Shown here piece by piece: positions 51,446 through 64,000 of a stretch of DNA of 64,000 bases. Position 1 is the first letter of the stretch, and every line of letters starts with the position of its first letter. Origin of the DNA: Eledone cirrhosa (lineage: Eukaryota). Below the pieces are notes generated by a model that saw only the letters and a list, made by a program, of their open reading frames with translations, did no database searches and was not told the DNA's origin. The DNA lies in contig CAXHJY010001405.1 of assembly GCA_964016885.1 (NCBI GenBank), positions 41,063 to 105,062 on the forward strand. Reading direction: 5' to 3'. Both the position numbers and the translations under genes were made by a program.

Positions 51446-54400
51446 CAGATAAGATAATTGACGTAAATAGAGTGAACGACAGAATAATTAAAATAAGACT
51501 TGTCCTAAATAGAACTACTGTGACAATAATATCCGCTTATGCACCTCAATCTGGACTGCCTGGCATTATGAAAGACAATTCTCTGAGTCGCTAATGCTCA
51601 CTGCTTCCAAAATAACCGACAGTGACTACATAATTATTGTTGGCGACCTAAATGGTCATGTTGGACAACATTGTGATGGCTATGACGGAATCTATGGAAG
51701 CTATGGGTTTGGTACTAGAAATGAGGAAGGCTTCAGAATCCTGGAATTCTGTGACGCTAATAACCTAACTATCTGTAACACAAACTTCAAAAAACGAGAC
51801 AATTACTTGATCACCTATAGATCAGGGGAACACGCCTGTCAGATATTTTAAATCCTTACCAGAAGATGTGACAGAGTGTCTGTTGTAAACACTAAATCCC
51901 TCCCCCATGAAGAATGCACCTCCCAACATAGCCTCATAGTCAGGACGAGACGTACTCGACAACAGAGGAGGAATATCCTAAGGAGAAGAATATGGCAGTT
52001 AAAGGACCCCACAGCCTGTAACAAATTTAAAAGCATATTACTTGATGCTTTTGACAGTAAGGAAGAGCAATTAGAGACATACAATATAGAGGAACAGTGG
52101 GAATTCCTAAAAGTTAACCTGTTGAAGGCGACAGATGAAATCTGTGGCTGGAACAGACCTCTAGGCAGGAGGAGAATAACGTGGTGGTAGAATAGTAAGG
52201 TGGAGGAGTCAATAAAGGCCAAAAAGTAGGCTTGGAAAGTATGGTGGGATGGGGGAAGAAGAGAAGACTATCAAGTGGCCAGGAGGAAAGCTAGGAGACA
52301 AGTGTACTTTGCAAGAAAGGAAGCAGAGGAAAGAAAGTTCAAGCAAGTTCTACAACGCGAGGACCAAAAACGCGAGGTGTTCAGGATTGCTAGGCAATGT
52401 GTCAAGTAAAACCTTGATATTGTTGGGGAGAAGTGTATCCGTAATGATGATGGTGTACTTACCATCACTGATGTTGATAAGAAGGTAGCTTGGAAGTGTC
52501 ATTACGAGAGGCTACTAAATGAGGGGAATAAATGGGAAAAGGATAGTCTGCCCCAAATCGATCCAATAGAAGGACCAGCAGTGCAAGTTGAAGGTAGTAT
52601 AATAAGTAAGGCAATCAAAGGCAATATGAAGACAGGCAAGGCAGCTAGGCCTTCAGAGATAGTTGCTGAAATGCTGATAGCATCTGGAACGGTGGGACAC
52701 ACTATGGTCACCCGGATAGTAAACCAAGTCATACAAAACGGGGTCATACAAAATGACTGGTGTAGCAGCATCATTAACTGCTACAAGGATAAAGGAGATG
52801 CCCTAGACAGGGGAAACTATAGAGGCATTAAATTAATTGACCAGGTCATGAAGGTCACAGAAAATGTTATAGCACAACTAATAAGAGAGTGAATTGATCT
52901 AGATGAAATGCAGTTTGGGTTTGTGTCAGGTAAAAGTACCTCAGATGCCATTTTCCTTGTACGACAACTACAGAAGAAGTACCCTAGCTAAAAGTAAACT
53001 CATATACTTAGCTTTTGTTGACTTGGAGAAATCCCTTGACAGAGTCCCCCTGCGCCATTCTCTGGTGGGCCCATAAAAAACTAGTTGTTGATGAATGGCT
53101 TTTGAGAGCTATACAAGCCATGTATAAAGAAACAGTCAGCAAGGTTAGAATTAACAACGAATATAGTGAAGAATTTAGCGTAAAAGTTGGTGTTCATCAG
53201 GGCTTGTCCTAAGCACCCTCCTATTTATTATTGCCCTTCAGGCTATAATAGGAGTCAAGACCAGCTGCCCATGGGAACTTCTATATGCAGATGATCTAAC
53301 GCTAATAGCTGAATCGATGGCTGAACTAGAGAAGAAATTCCAAACATGGACGCATGGCCTAGAATCAAAAGGCCTTAAAGTTAACTTGTCTAAGACTAAA
53401 GTTCTAGTATGTAGGAAGGAAAATAGGTCACAGATCCCCTCTGGGAAATGGCCATGGTCAGCGTGTAGGGAAGGAGTAGGCAGAAATTCCATTTTGTGTC
53501 CCAAAGGCAAAGTATGGGTGCATAAAAGATGTAGTGGGATCACAGGTAAGCTATCTAAGAACGTAAATTTTATATGTGGCCGGTGCTCAGATGGAGGGTG
53601 TACTGAAAGTACAGTAGCCAGAATCAGAACGGGATGGAAAAAGTTCAGAGAGCTTATACCACTGTTGGCCACTAAAGGTTTCTCTCTAAAAATGAAAGGC
53701 AGGCTGTATGATGCCTGCATACGAGCAGCAATGTTACATGGCAGTGAGACATGGGCATTGTGTGAAGAGGATCTGCGCAGACTGGAGAGGAACGAAGCAT
53801 GCATGCTCCGTTGGATGTGTAATAGTAATATGCGTGAACGGCAAAGCATAAATGAACTAAGTGAGAAATTAGGAATAAGAGGGATCAGATGCTGTTTACT
53901 TGAGAGAAGACTACGTTGGTATGGTCACGTGATGCGCATGAAAGATGACAGCTGTATAAAAAAGAGCAGGCCGATCAAAATTGATGGAAGTTACGGAGTA
54001 GGCAGACCCAGAAAAACCTCGGACGATTTCATAAATTCCGACCTTACACACTTGCACCTCTCTAAGACAATGTCACTGGACCGAGATCTTTGGCGCTACA
54101 CAGTTATACAGAAGACCCGCCTTGCCTAAGTACAAAGCGAAACCTACAGTCAGTAGGCACCTCTTAACCAAATATACACCCCATCCCACTACCCCTACTC
54201 CACCCACCCACCGCCATCAACACCACCCCTTTCTCTGTAAAGTTATGTTGGTACCACAACATCCAGTCCTAAATGTGGTCGTGTAGGTGTCACGACCAAA
54301 AAACACAGTCCACGCTGTAATGTGGCCGTGTAGGTAACACAGTAAAAACCTCCCAGTCCACACTGTAAACGTGGTTGGTGTTAGGAAGGGCATCCAGCCG

Positions 54401-54526
54401 TAGAAAACCTGCCAAACAGTCCTATACGATGGAGACGACCATGTTTGCCTCAAGTGGGACAATTCCTGTCTAAACCCATGCTACCGTGGAAGATAGACGT
54501 TAAACGATGATGATGATGATGATGAT
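51446..54526 (+). mobile_element. Older degenerate 5'-truncated RTE (A-related)
   Basis: APE-RT fragments with many stops and frameshifts and a deletion after the zinc finger; (GAT)n tail. Confidence 0.92.
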
Positions 54527-54529
54527 ATT

Positions 54530-55380
54530 AATAGGAAAGCAGTCAGCAAAGTTAGGGTTAACAATAACTATAGCGAGGAATTTAGCATCCAGGCCAGTGT
54601 CCACCAGGACTCTGTTCTTAGCCCTCTCCTGTTCATTATAGTATTGCAGACAATAACAGAGGAGTTTAAGACCGGATGCCCATGGTAACTCCTGTATGTG
54701 GATGATCTCACACGTATAGCTGAATCTATGGTGGAACTAGAGAAGGAATTCCAAACGTGAACGACAAAGCATAAATGAATTGAGAGAGAGACTGAGCATA
54801 AGAGGAATCAAATGCTGTGTGCAGGAGAGGCGGTTGCATTGGTATGGACATGTGATGCGTATGAAGGATGACAGTTGCATAAAAAGGTGCAGTGCACTAG
54901 AAATCGATGGAAGCCGTGGAGTGGAGAGACCCAAATAGACCTGGGATGAGGTGATAAAAGCGGACCTTACCCAATTGCAACTCTCAAAGGTGATACACAC
55001 AACCGCGACCTCTGGCGTCACGCAGTAATACAGAAGACCCGACTTCCCAGGGGTACAAGCCGAAACTGAAGCATATAGACAATATGCCCCCAAACCCTCC
55101 CACTGCAAAGTGGTCGTGGAGGTGCCATGGCAAAAAAGCACCCAGCCCACGCTGTAAAGTGGACGTGTAGGTGCCACGGAAAAAAAGCACCCAGCACTCA
55201 CTGTAAATGAGGTTGGTGTTAGGAAGGGCATACAGCTGTAGATATCAAGCCAAAATCAGTTTCCGTATGAGCAAGACAAGGTCAGCCAGCCAGGCACTGC
55301 CCACAACAGGACAACCCCTCTAACCCATGCTAGCGTGGAAGAATCGACATAAAACGGTGATGATGAAGATGATGATGATG
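54530..55380 (+). mobile_element. Degenerate, internally deleted RTE family B fragment
   Basis: The RT segment jumps at ~54755 to the C-terminus; B-type 3' UTR and tail. Confidence 0.88.
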
Positions 55381-55433
55381 CAAAAGGCAATCAGAAATAA
55401 CAAAGCAAATGACACAGTACAACAAAGAAATAT

Positions 55434-56133
55434 ATGAAAGACGACAGCTGTATAACAAAGTGCAGGGCAATAAAGATAGACGGTAGCCACGGAGTAGGCA
55501 GACCCAGAAAAACATGGGACGAGCTGATAAATTCCGACCTCACACGCTTACACCTCTCCAAGACAATGTCACTGGACCGAGACCTTTGGCGGTACTCAGT
55601 AATAGAGAAGACCCGCCTTACCTAAATACAAAGTAAAAACCTACTACAGTCAGTAGGCATCTCTATCAAAACACACCCCCGTCCCACCACCTCCACCCCA
55701 TCCACACCGCCCCTTTCAATGTAAAGTTATGTTGATCCCACAACATCCAGGCCGAAACAAATGAGATCGTGTAGGTGTCACGACAAAAAAACACACGGTC
55801 CACGCTGTAAATGTGGCCGTAGGCAACACGGTAAAAACCTCCCAGCCCCACACTGTAAATGTGGTTGGTGTTAGGAAGGGCATCCAGCTGTAGAAAACTC
55901 GCCAGACAGTCCACGCTGTAATGTGGCCGTGTAGGCAACACAGTAAAAACCTCCCAGCCCCACACTGTAAATGTGGTTGGTGTTAGGAAGGGCATCCAAC
56001 TGTAGAAAACCCGCCAGACAGTCCTATGCGAGCAAGACAACCACTCTTGCCTCAAGTGGGAAAACCCCCGTCCAAACCCATGCAAGCGTGGAACACGGAC
56101 GCTAAACCTGATGATGATGATGATGATGATGAT
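55434..56133 (+). mobile_element. RTE family A 3' fragment with a duplicated 3' UTR segment
   Basis: MKDDSCITKC...EKTRLT. ~55798-55908 is repeated at ~55909-56020; (GAT)n tail. Confidence 0.9.
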
Positions 56134-56266
56134 ATCATTAATTTAACGCTTGATATAGTAGGAAAAGAGCCTTAACGTTTTGAATGTTAGTCCATCAGAA
56201 AATAGAATCAAGAAATTAAAGAAGACATAGAAAGACTAAGGAGACAGGCAGGGCGAAAAAGGAAAA

Positions 56267-56338
<72 letters not shown>

Positions 56339-56754
56339 GTAAATTGACATCACTACAGTATCAGATTAAATGTTTTGCAGTATTCTTTTGGCTCTTGGCA
56401 TTCTGACTTCAAATCCTGCCACAGTCATCTTTGTTTTTTTGGTTGATAAAGTACCAGTCCAGGTGGAGTTGGGGGCAGCAGAATTGTTAACACATCAATC
56501 TGTAGTATCTCTTTAGCCGCTTAATTTGCATGTAATATTACTGGTACCATGCTGTATTGGTCCTTGCCTTTCCCTTGGACAACACAGCGTGGAGAGGGTT
56601 AGACATGCATCTGTGGGCAACTGCTGGTCTTCCACAAAAGATAACAGCCAGGAATTTCCAGATGCTGATCTATGGGTCTACAAGATAATCGGGAGCCCTC
56701 AAATGATGACAGGAATATAATTCTGATGACAGCACCAAACATGATTATGTTTGG

Positions 56755-57645
56755 ATACAAAAGGAAGGCTGTATGATGGTTGTGTGTGGTGTGCAATGCT
56801 GCGTGGTAGTGAAACATGGGCAGTGACTGCAGAGGATGTGCGTAGACAAGGTTGATAGCTTCTATCTAGGTGACCGAATTAGCAGTGGAGGAGCGTACAC
56901 AGAGAGTATAATAGCTAGAATAAGGATAGGATGGAAGAAGTTTAGAGAATTACTCCTACTACTGACAACAAAAGGTTTCTCCCTACATACAAAAGGAAGG
57001 CTGTATGATGATACTACATGGTAGTGAAACATGGACTGTGACTGTAGAGAACATGCAGTGCTACATGGTAGTGAAACATGGGCTGTGACTTGAGAACATG
57101 TGGTGTTACATGGTAGTGACACATGGGCTGTGACTGCAGAGGACATGTGGTGCTACATGGTAGTGAAACATGGACTGCGGCTGTAGAGGACATGTGGTGC
57201 TACATGGTAGTGAAACATGGACTGTGACTGTAGAGAACATGCGTAGGCTACAGAGAAATGAAGCAACCATGTTTCATTAGATGTACAATGTAAATGTGAA
57301 AGAAAGGCAGAGCTTGATTGAGTTGAAGCAGAAGCTGGGTTTAAGCGGAAGCCGGGATGGTGTCAGGAGAGAAGACTGCATTGGTATGGAGACATGATGT
57401 ACATGGACAATGACTGATGGGTGAAGAAATTCCAGGAAATCCCAAAGGAAGCCACAATAGAGGACGACCAAGAAAGAGCTGGGCAGAGGTTGTGAGAGCC
57501 GAGAGCTGACCTCAAATAGCTAAGACTGGCAGAGGAAATGACGACGGAGCAGAGCAAGTGAAGAGATGCTGTGCTGAGAAGGATCGATCCAACCCATGCT
57601 AGCATGGAAAAGCGGACATGATGATGATGATGATTATGATGATGA
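56755..57645 (+). mobile_element. Old degenerate RTE 3' fragment containing a ~47-bp tandem repeat
   Basis: YLGDRISSGG...ARIRIGWKKFRELL...KGRLYD; repeated tacatggtagtgaaacatgg; (GAT)n tail. Confidence 0.8.
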
Positions 57646-57830
57646 TACAGCAGACAAAGGGTACAAATTGGTATTTTGGTAAGTGAGAAGATATTAGTTT
57701 GGACACAAAATATGTAGGGGATTTACTAGAGTATGAGAATAACTGTAGATTTTATTTAAATATCATTAATCTAGTTTTCCAGTTTGAATTAAGTTACTTT
57801 CTGTAGTGCCACAGTGGTTAATATGATGAA

Positions 57831-58056
57831 CACAGTAATTTAGTAAAACACATATTGATACAGTAAAACACACAGTAATATAGTAAAACACATATTGATA
57901 CGGTAAAACACACAGTAATATAGTAAAACACATATTGATACAGTAAAACACACAGTAATATAGTAAAACACATATTGATACAGTAAAACACACAGTAATA
58001 TAGTAAAACACATATTGATACAGTAAAACACATTGATAGAGTAAAACACACAGTCA
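57831..58056. repeat. 40-bp minisatellite (two related 20-bp halves), ~5 copies, decaying to ~58690
   Basis: TAGTAAAACACATATTGATA-CAGTAAAACACACAGTAATA. Confidence 0.92.
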
Positions 58057-58244
58057 TATAGCAAAAACAGCATAAAACAGATCTTCACAGCAATATAGTA
58101 AAAACAGTTTAGGAAGCAGACTTGCAACAGCAAAATAGTAAAAACTGTTTAGAAAATAGGCTTACACAGCAATATAGTAAAAGCAGATTAGAAAACAGAT
58201 CTTCACATAAAGATCATAAAAACAGTTTAGAAAAAAGACCTTTA

Positions 58245-58581
58245 CATCATCATCATCATTTTACGTCCACTTTTCCCTGCTTGCAAGGGTGGGACGGGAA
58301 CTGATTCTGGCTTGATTTCTACAGCTGGATGCCCTTCCTAACACCAACCTCATTTACAGTGAGTGCTGGGTGCTTTTTTGCCATGGCACCTCCACGACCA
58401 CTTTGCAGTGGAATGATAGGGACCCCAGTCCTATCATCTCATTTCTACAGCTGAGTAAACTGGAGCAATGTGAAATAAAGTGTCTTGCACAAGGAAACAA
58501 CACATCACCCGGTCTGAGAATTGAACTCGCAACCTTTCGATTGCAAGGCCAATGCTCTAACCACTAAGCCATGTGCCTCCA
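58245..58581 (-). mobile_element. tRNA/CORE-like/RTE-tail SINE
   Basis: Same family as 28181-28526; ACATCAT on both flanks is a possible target-site duplication. Confidence 0.9.
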
Positions 58582-58769
58582 CATCATGATGATAGAAACA
58601 GATTAGACAACAGATATACACACCAGGATAGTAAAAACTTTCCCAGCAAAGTAAAAACAGTTTAGAAAGTCGATCTTCAAAACAGTATAGTAGTTATTCA
58701 ATGGTTATGTAGCAATGAAGACAAAACTAATTTAATGAAGCTATGTGACTAATTCAAAGAGAAACTTAC

Positions 58770-58921
58770 CCGACACAGATGTTGGATTAAAGACAATTTC
58801 TCGTAGCTGTTCACACAAGCTAACTAAATTACATACAAGTAGTTGGGTTTTCACATCTTTAGCATTGAATGGTAGACTGCAAGTGGGGCAGTTCCTGCTA
58901 ATCCCTTTATCTAAACATTGC
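58770..58921 (-). CDS. BARD1: Host exon encoding the C-terminal half of a RING finger plus the following helix; BARD1-like
   Basis: tttttccacag|G...TCGG|gtaagt; 152 nt, phase 2 to phase 1. QCLDKGISRNCPTCSLPFNAKDVKTQLLVCNLVSLCEQLREIV resembles human BARD1 [43 protein letters not shown], whose exon 3 has the same phases as I recall. Confidence 0.7.
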
Positions 58922-59139
58922 CTGTGGAAAAATATTAAAACAATAAAAATAAGCAAATAAGAATGTTTTCTTTGTTTTAATTATTTTTTTCATGAGAGAG
59001 ATAACAGGTGTATATGCAACATTAATTAACTCTTAACATCCTGTAATGCAATACAATGGGAGGAAGCATAATATCACTGATGATGTCATAGGCATGTGGC
59101 GAAAGAACTCTAAGAGACTATATATATATATATATAGTA

Positions 59140-60076
59140 ATAATAATAGTAATAATAAATTTGAAGACTAAAATCCAAAGAGGGCTCGATAAGGATAAAT
59201 ATATATCAAATATATAAGAACCGTAGAGCAAATATTTATTAAAATAACAGATTAAAGTTTAAGCAAAGAATCGCTGCTTTCACCCTTAACGGGATCTTCT
59301 GAAACTAACAAAGTCAATCTGTAAACACAGCTGTGGATATTTCAAAAAAACGTTGCAACCGGAGGAAGACAGGAAGACGATACTTTGGTTCGTGGAAACG
59401 TTTGCTGGCAAAGAACGGGAAAAAACGAATATAATACATCATTAATAGGAGCGGTGAAAAACAATTACACGCAAAGACAGAACCACGTTTATGGTATAAA
59501 AGAAGTCGTAGACTAATGTTCTCTTTGGTGGTTCATAGAGACGTTCTCTGGCAATGAACGAAAAAAACGAAGATAATACGTCATATGTGGAGCATGGAGA
59601 ACAATTGCACGCAAAGACAAAACCACGTAAATGGTATAGCTGAAGTCGGAGACTAAAGTTCTAATTAGGAAACCGAAAAAATCTCCGCTTCAGAGTTAAG
59701 AATAAAGTAAATAAAATACAATACAGAGGTAATAGAAATTAAATAAAGACATACACGCATGCGTACATACACAAGCATACGCAAAAACACTTGCCATAAT
59801 TATACAAAACCACGCACATATAAATATTCTGTCTTTGCGTGTAATTGTTTTTCACCGCTCCTATTAATGACGCATTATATTCGTTATTTCCCGTTCTTTG
59901 CCAGCGAACGTTTCCACGAACCAAAGTATCGTCTTCCTGTCTTCCTCTGGTTGCAACGATTTTTGAAATATCCACATCTGCGTTTACAGATTGACTTTGT
60001 TAGTTTCAGAAGATCCCGTTAAGGGTGAAAGCAGCGATTCTTTGCTTAAACTTTAATCTGTTATTTTAATAAATAT
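59140..60076. mobile_element. Non-coding element with ~250-bp inverted arms and a hammerhead-like relic
   Basis: 59232-59482 is the approximate reverse complement of 59827-60076. CAGAAGA tccc-gttaa-gggt GAAA at 60007-60030, mirrored in the other arm. TA flanks. Confidence 0.6.
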
Positions 60077-60085
60077 ATATATATA

Positions 60086-63000
60086 CGAGTTGGTACCATC
60101 AATGTAGGCTCAATGAAAGGAAGAGCAGGAGAAATCGTAGAAATGCTAGAGCGAAAGGAAATTGATGTATGCTGTGTGCAAGAGACTAGATGGAGAGGAG
60201 AGTCTGCCAGAGTCCTGGTAGGAAAAAGTCGGTGCTACAAATTTTTCTGGGTGGGAAATGACGATGGGATGGGTGGTGTAGGTATACTACTAGCTGACAA
60301 GTGGGTAGATAAAGTAATCTCAGTGTACAGGGTAAATGCAAGAATCATTAAACTCAGACTAGTCCTGAATAAGACAATTACCACAATAATATCAGCTTAC
60401 GCACCCCAATCGGGGCTGCCAGACGAACTTAAGGATAGGTTTTACGAGTCCCTAATGCACACTACTGCTCTAACAGACGACAATGACTTCCTAATCATCG
60501 CAGGAGATTTTAACGGACACGTAGGTAAACACTGCGACGGCTTCAATAGAGTACCTGGAGGCCATGGGGTTGGCACAAGAAATGAGGAAGGATTCAGACT
60601 TCTAGAATTCTGCGACGCCAATGACATGTCGATATGTAACACAAACTTTAAAAAACCCGACAACCACCTGATCACCTATAGATCAGGGGAGCACTCCAGT
60701 CAGATTTTATCCTCATCAGAGGACGTGACAGATGGGTGGTCGTAAACACAAAAGCCTTCCCTAGTGAGGAATGTACATCCCAACATAGCTTAGTTGTCAG
60801 CGACCTCACAGTCAGAACTAGACGAACCTGGAAACAGAGGCCAACCTGGAGTAGAAAGATCTGGAAGCTGAAAGTCCCCTCAACCAGTAGCAGATTTAAA
60901 GATATTTTACTCAACGCCTACGACAATAAAGAAGAACAGATACAGACATTTAATGTAGAAGAGAACTGGGAGTTCCTAAAAAATAATTTACTAGAGGCGG
61001 CGGATGAGGTCTGTGGCTGGAGTAAGACCTCAAGCAGGAGGAGAGTGACTTGGTGGTGGAACAATAAGGTAGATGAAACAGTTAAGGTCAAGAGACAGGC
61101 ATGGAAAGAATGGAAGAACGGGGGCGGAGCAGGGTACATTACATAGAGACCAAGAGGGAAGCTAGACGACAAGTATACTTAGCTAGGAGGGAAGCAGAGG
61201 ATAGAAAATTCAAGCATGTTTTGCAACGTGAGGACCAGAAACAGGAGGTATTCAAGATTGCGAGGCAGTGTGTCAGAGATAGTTGTGATGTCATTGGAGA
61301 GAAGTGTATCCGGAATGATAAAGGTGAGCTTGCCCTCACAAGTGCTGAGAAGAAAGATGCATGGAAGAGTCATTATGATAGATTACTAAATGAGCAGAAT
61401 GCATGGGAAGAGACCCTACCCCAAGTAGACCCTATAAAGGGGCCAGCAGTACAAGTCAGCAGCAACGTAGTAAGTAAGGCAATCAAAGATATGAAGATGG
61501 AGAAGGCAACCGGTCCATCGGATATAGCTGCCGAGATGCTGAAGGCATCTGGGTCTGTAGGTCACACTATAATCACACGTATTGTTAACCAGGTAATACT
61601 AGAAGGTGTCATACCAAAAGATTGGTGCAGTAGCATCATTGTCAACTGCTACAAAGGTAAAGGTGATGCACTAGATAGAGGAAACTATAGAGGTATAAAG
61701 TTGATGGACCAGGTCATGAAAGTAACAGAAAGAGTTATAGCACAGTTGATTAGGGACCGGGTGAAAATAGACGAGATGCAATTTGGGTTTGTACCAGGAA
61801 GAGGTACCACTGATGCCCTCTTCCTTGTGAGGCAGTTACATGAAAAGTACCTAGCTAAAAGTAAGCCACTCTACTTGGCATTTGTCGACCTTGAGAAAGC
61901 CTTTGACAGAGTTCCACGTGCAGTAATCTGGTGGGCTCTTAGAAAACTAGGAGTAGATGAATGGCTTGTGAAAGCGGTACAAGCCATGTATAGGGGAGCA
62001 GTCAGCAAAGTTAGGATTAGCAATGAGTATAGCGAGGAATTTAGCGTACAGGTTGGGGTCCACCAGGGCTCTGTTCTTAGCCCTCTCCTGTTCATCATAG
62101 TCCTGCAGGCAATAACGGAGGAGTTTAAGACCGGATGCCCATGGGAACTCCTGTATGCTGATGACCTCGCACTCATAGCTGAATCTATGGTAGAACTAGA
62201 GAATAAATTCCAAACTTGGAAGCAAGGACTAGAAAGAAAGGTCTCAAAGTCAACATGACAAAGACTAAGGTCCTTGTAAGTAGACGAGAAAACAGAACCC
62301 AGATCCCCTCAGGGAAATGGCCTTGCTCAGTATGTAGGAAAGGTGTAGGTAGGAACTCCATTCTCTGCCCCAAATGCAAACAATGGGTACACAAGAGATG
62401 TAGCAGGATCTCAGGAAGCTTAATTAAGAATGTAGGCTTCACATGCAGCAGCTGTGCTGAGACAGCAAGCAGCAAACAGCCACAGGAAACAAGTACCACC
62501 AATCTCTGGGAGGGCTCTGTAGAAACAGTAGACAGCTTCTGCTACCTAGGTGACCGAATTAGCAGCGGAGGTGGGTGTTCAGAAAGTACAATAACTAGGG
62601 TAAGAACGGGATGGAAGAAGTTTAGGGAACTACTACCACTGCTAGCTGCAAAAGGCTTCTCCCTCAGAATGAAAGGCAGACTGTATGATGCGTGTATCCG
62701 AACAGCAATGTTGCATGTTAGTGAGACCTGGGCGCTGAAGGTGGAAGACTTACGTAGATTAGAGAGAAACGAAGCCTGCATGCTCCGATGGATGTGTAAC
62801 AGTAATATACGTGAATGACTCAAAAGCATAAATGAATTGAGAGAGAGACTGAGCATAAGAGGAATCAAATGCTGTGTGCAGAAGAGGCGCTTGCGCTGGT
62901 ATGGACATGTGATGCATATGAAGGATGACAGCTGCATAAAAAGGTGCAGGCACTACAAGTTGATGGAAACAGGCGGAGTGGGGAGACCCAAGATGACCTA

Positions 63001-63218
63001 GGATGAGGTGATAAAAGCCGACCAATACCCAATTAACACCTCTCAAAGGCAATGACACAGGACCGTGACCTCTGGCGTCACGCAGTAATACGGAGTACCC
63101 GACCTCACCATGGGTACAAGCTGAAGCATATAGACAATATGCCCCCGCAAGGTGGTCGTGGAGGTGCCACGGCAAAAAAGCACCCAGCCCACACTAAAAC
63201 GGTGATGATGATGATGAT
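60086..63218 (+). mobile_element. Degenerate RTE family B copy (5' UTR missing, frameshifts, 3' UTR deletion)
   Basis: ORF pieces 60113-60745, 60736-61146, 61101-62258 and 62216-62818 are collinear with B1. Confidence 0.93.
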
Positions 63219-63337
63219 ATACTTTTTTTTTAATGTTGGTTAATCAATGATAAACATTGATTGCCAGCTGAATTAATTATAGAAATATAAAATATACTGT
63301 AGCGATAACCAACCCAAACAGTGTGTTTTATTATATA

Positions 63338-63583
63338 CTAGCTGGCCCTTCCGGCTGGTGCCCGGCTAGGTAAACCTGCCCCCCACCACTCCACTGCAAA
63401 GATACCACACACCCTCCTGTGTCACATTGTCCTTCCGACTCTCTCTCTCTCTCTCTCTCTCTCTGAATAACTAACACTTTAATTGTATCTCTCTCTGTCT
63501 AATGGCCTATCTCTCTCTTTTTCCCCTCCCTCTTTTTTCTTTGTCTCTCTCTGTAGATGTGTGTGTGTAGTTTTCCTAATCTT

Positions 63584-63614
<31 letters not shown>

Positions 63615-63747
63615 GCGTATATACTGAAGGGAGATACGGAAACTAAAACAGTGTTGTCATATAGAGAGTGAAGAGCAACAGAGAGAGTAAAGCAGTTAAA
63701 TTATAGCGAGGGGGAATGATCTTACATACATACATACAAAGTATAGA
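63338..63747 (-). mobile_element. Probable non-autonomous Helitron
   Basis: Minus strand: A|TCTATAC...ccgggcaccagccgg aagggccag CTAG|T. It shows 5' TC, a GC-rich subterminal hairpin, 3' CTAG and an A|T target. Confidence 0.5.
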
Positions 63748-63765
63748 TATGTGTGTGTGTTTGTG

Positions 63766-63837
<72 letters not shown>

Positions 63838-64000
63838 TGTGTATGTGTGTGTGTTTGTGTATGTGTGTGTGTGTATGTGTGTGTGTGTATGTGTGTGTGT
63901 GTATGTGTGGTTTGTGTATGTGTGTTTGTGTATGTGTTTTGTGTATGTGTGTTTGTGTATGTGTGTTTTGTGTATGTGTGTTTGTGTATGTGTGTATGTG
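63748..64000. repeat. (TG)n microsatellite
   Basis: Read directly from the sequence. Confidence 0.95.

Overview
Eukaryotic, AT-rich animal DNA, most likely cephalopod (octopus-like SINE families; inferred, not proven). Nearly the whole window appears to be one ~58.7-kb intron (93-58769) of a minus-strand gene. Its two visible exons (58770-58921, second half of a RING finger, BARD1-like; and <1-92) have matching splice phases. The intron is a pile-up of retroelements, mostly inserted into (TA)n tracts: about ten copies or fragments of two RTE-clade LINE families, two CR1-group LINE copies, a Penelope-like GIY-YIG relic, tRNA-derived SINEs and minisatellites; a probable Helitron lies beyond the RING exon. 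Two signals stand out. (1) Up to eight sequence-unrelated elements carry type I hammerhead ribozyme motifs or relics, two with a compensatory U3-A8 core; seven are non-coding, and most are built as tandem monomers and/or 5' inverted hairpins. (2) The three near-complete RTE LINEs each carry a 5' tandem array of 410-553-bp monomers that diverge much faster than their ORFs, and a PHD-like finger sits inside their RT. All folds and alignments were done by eye.
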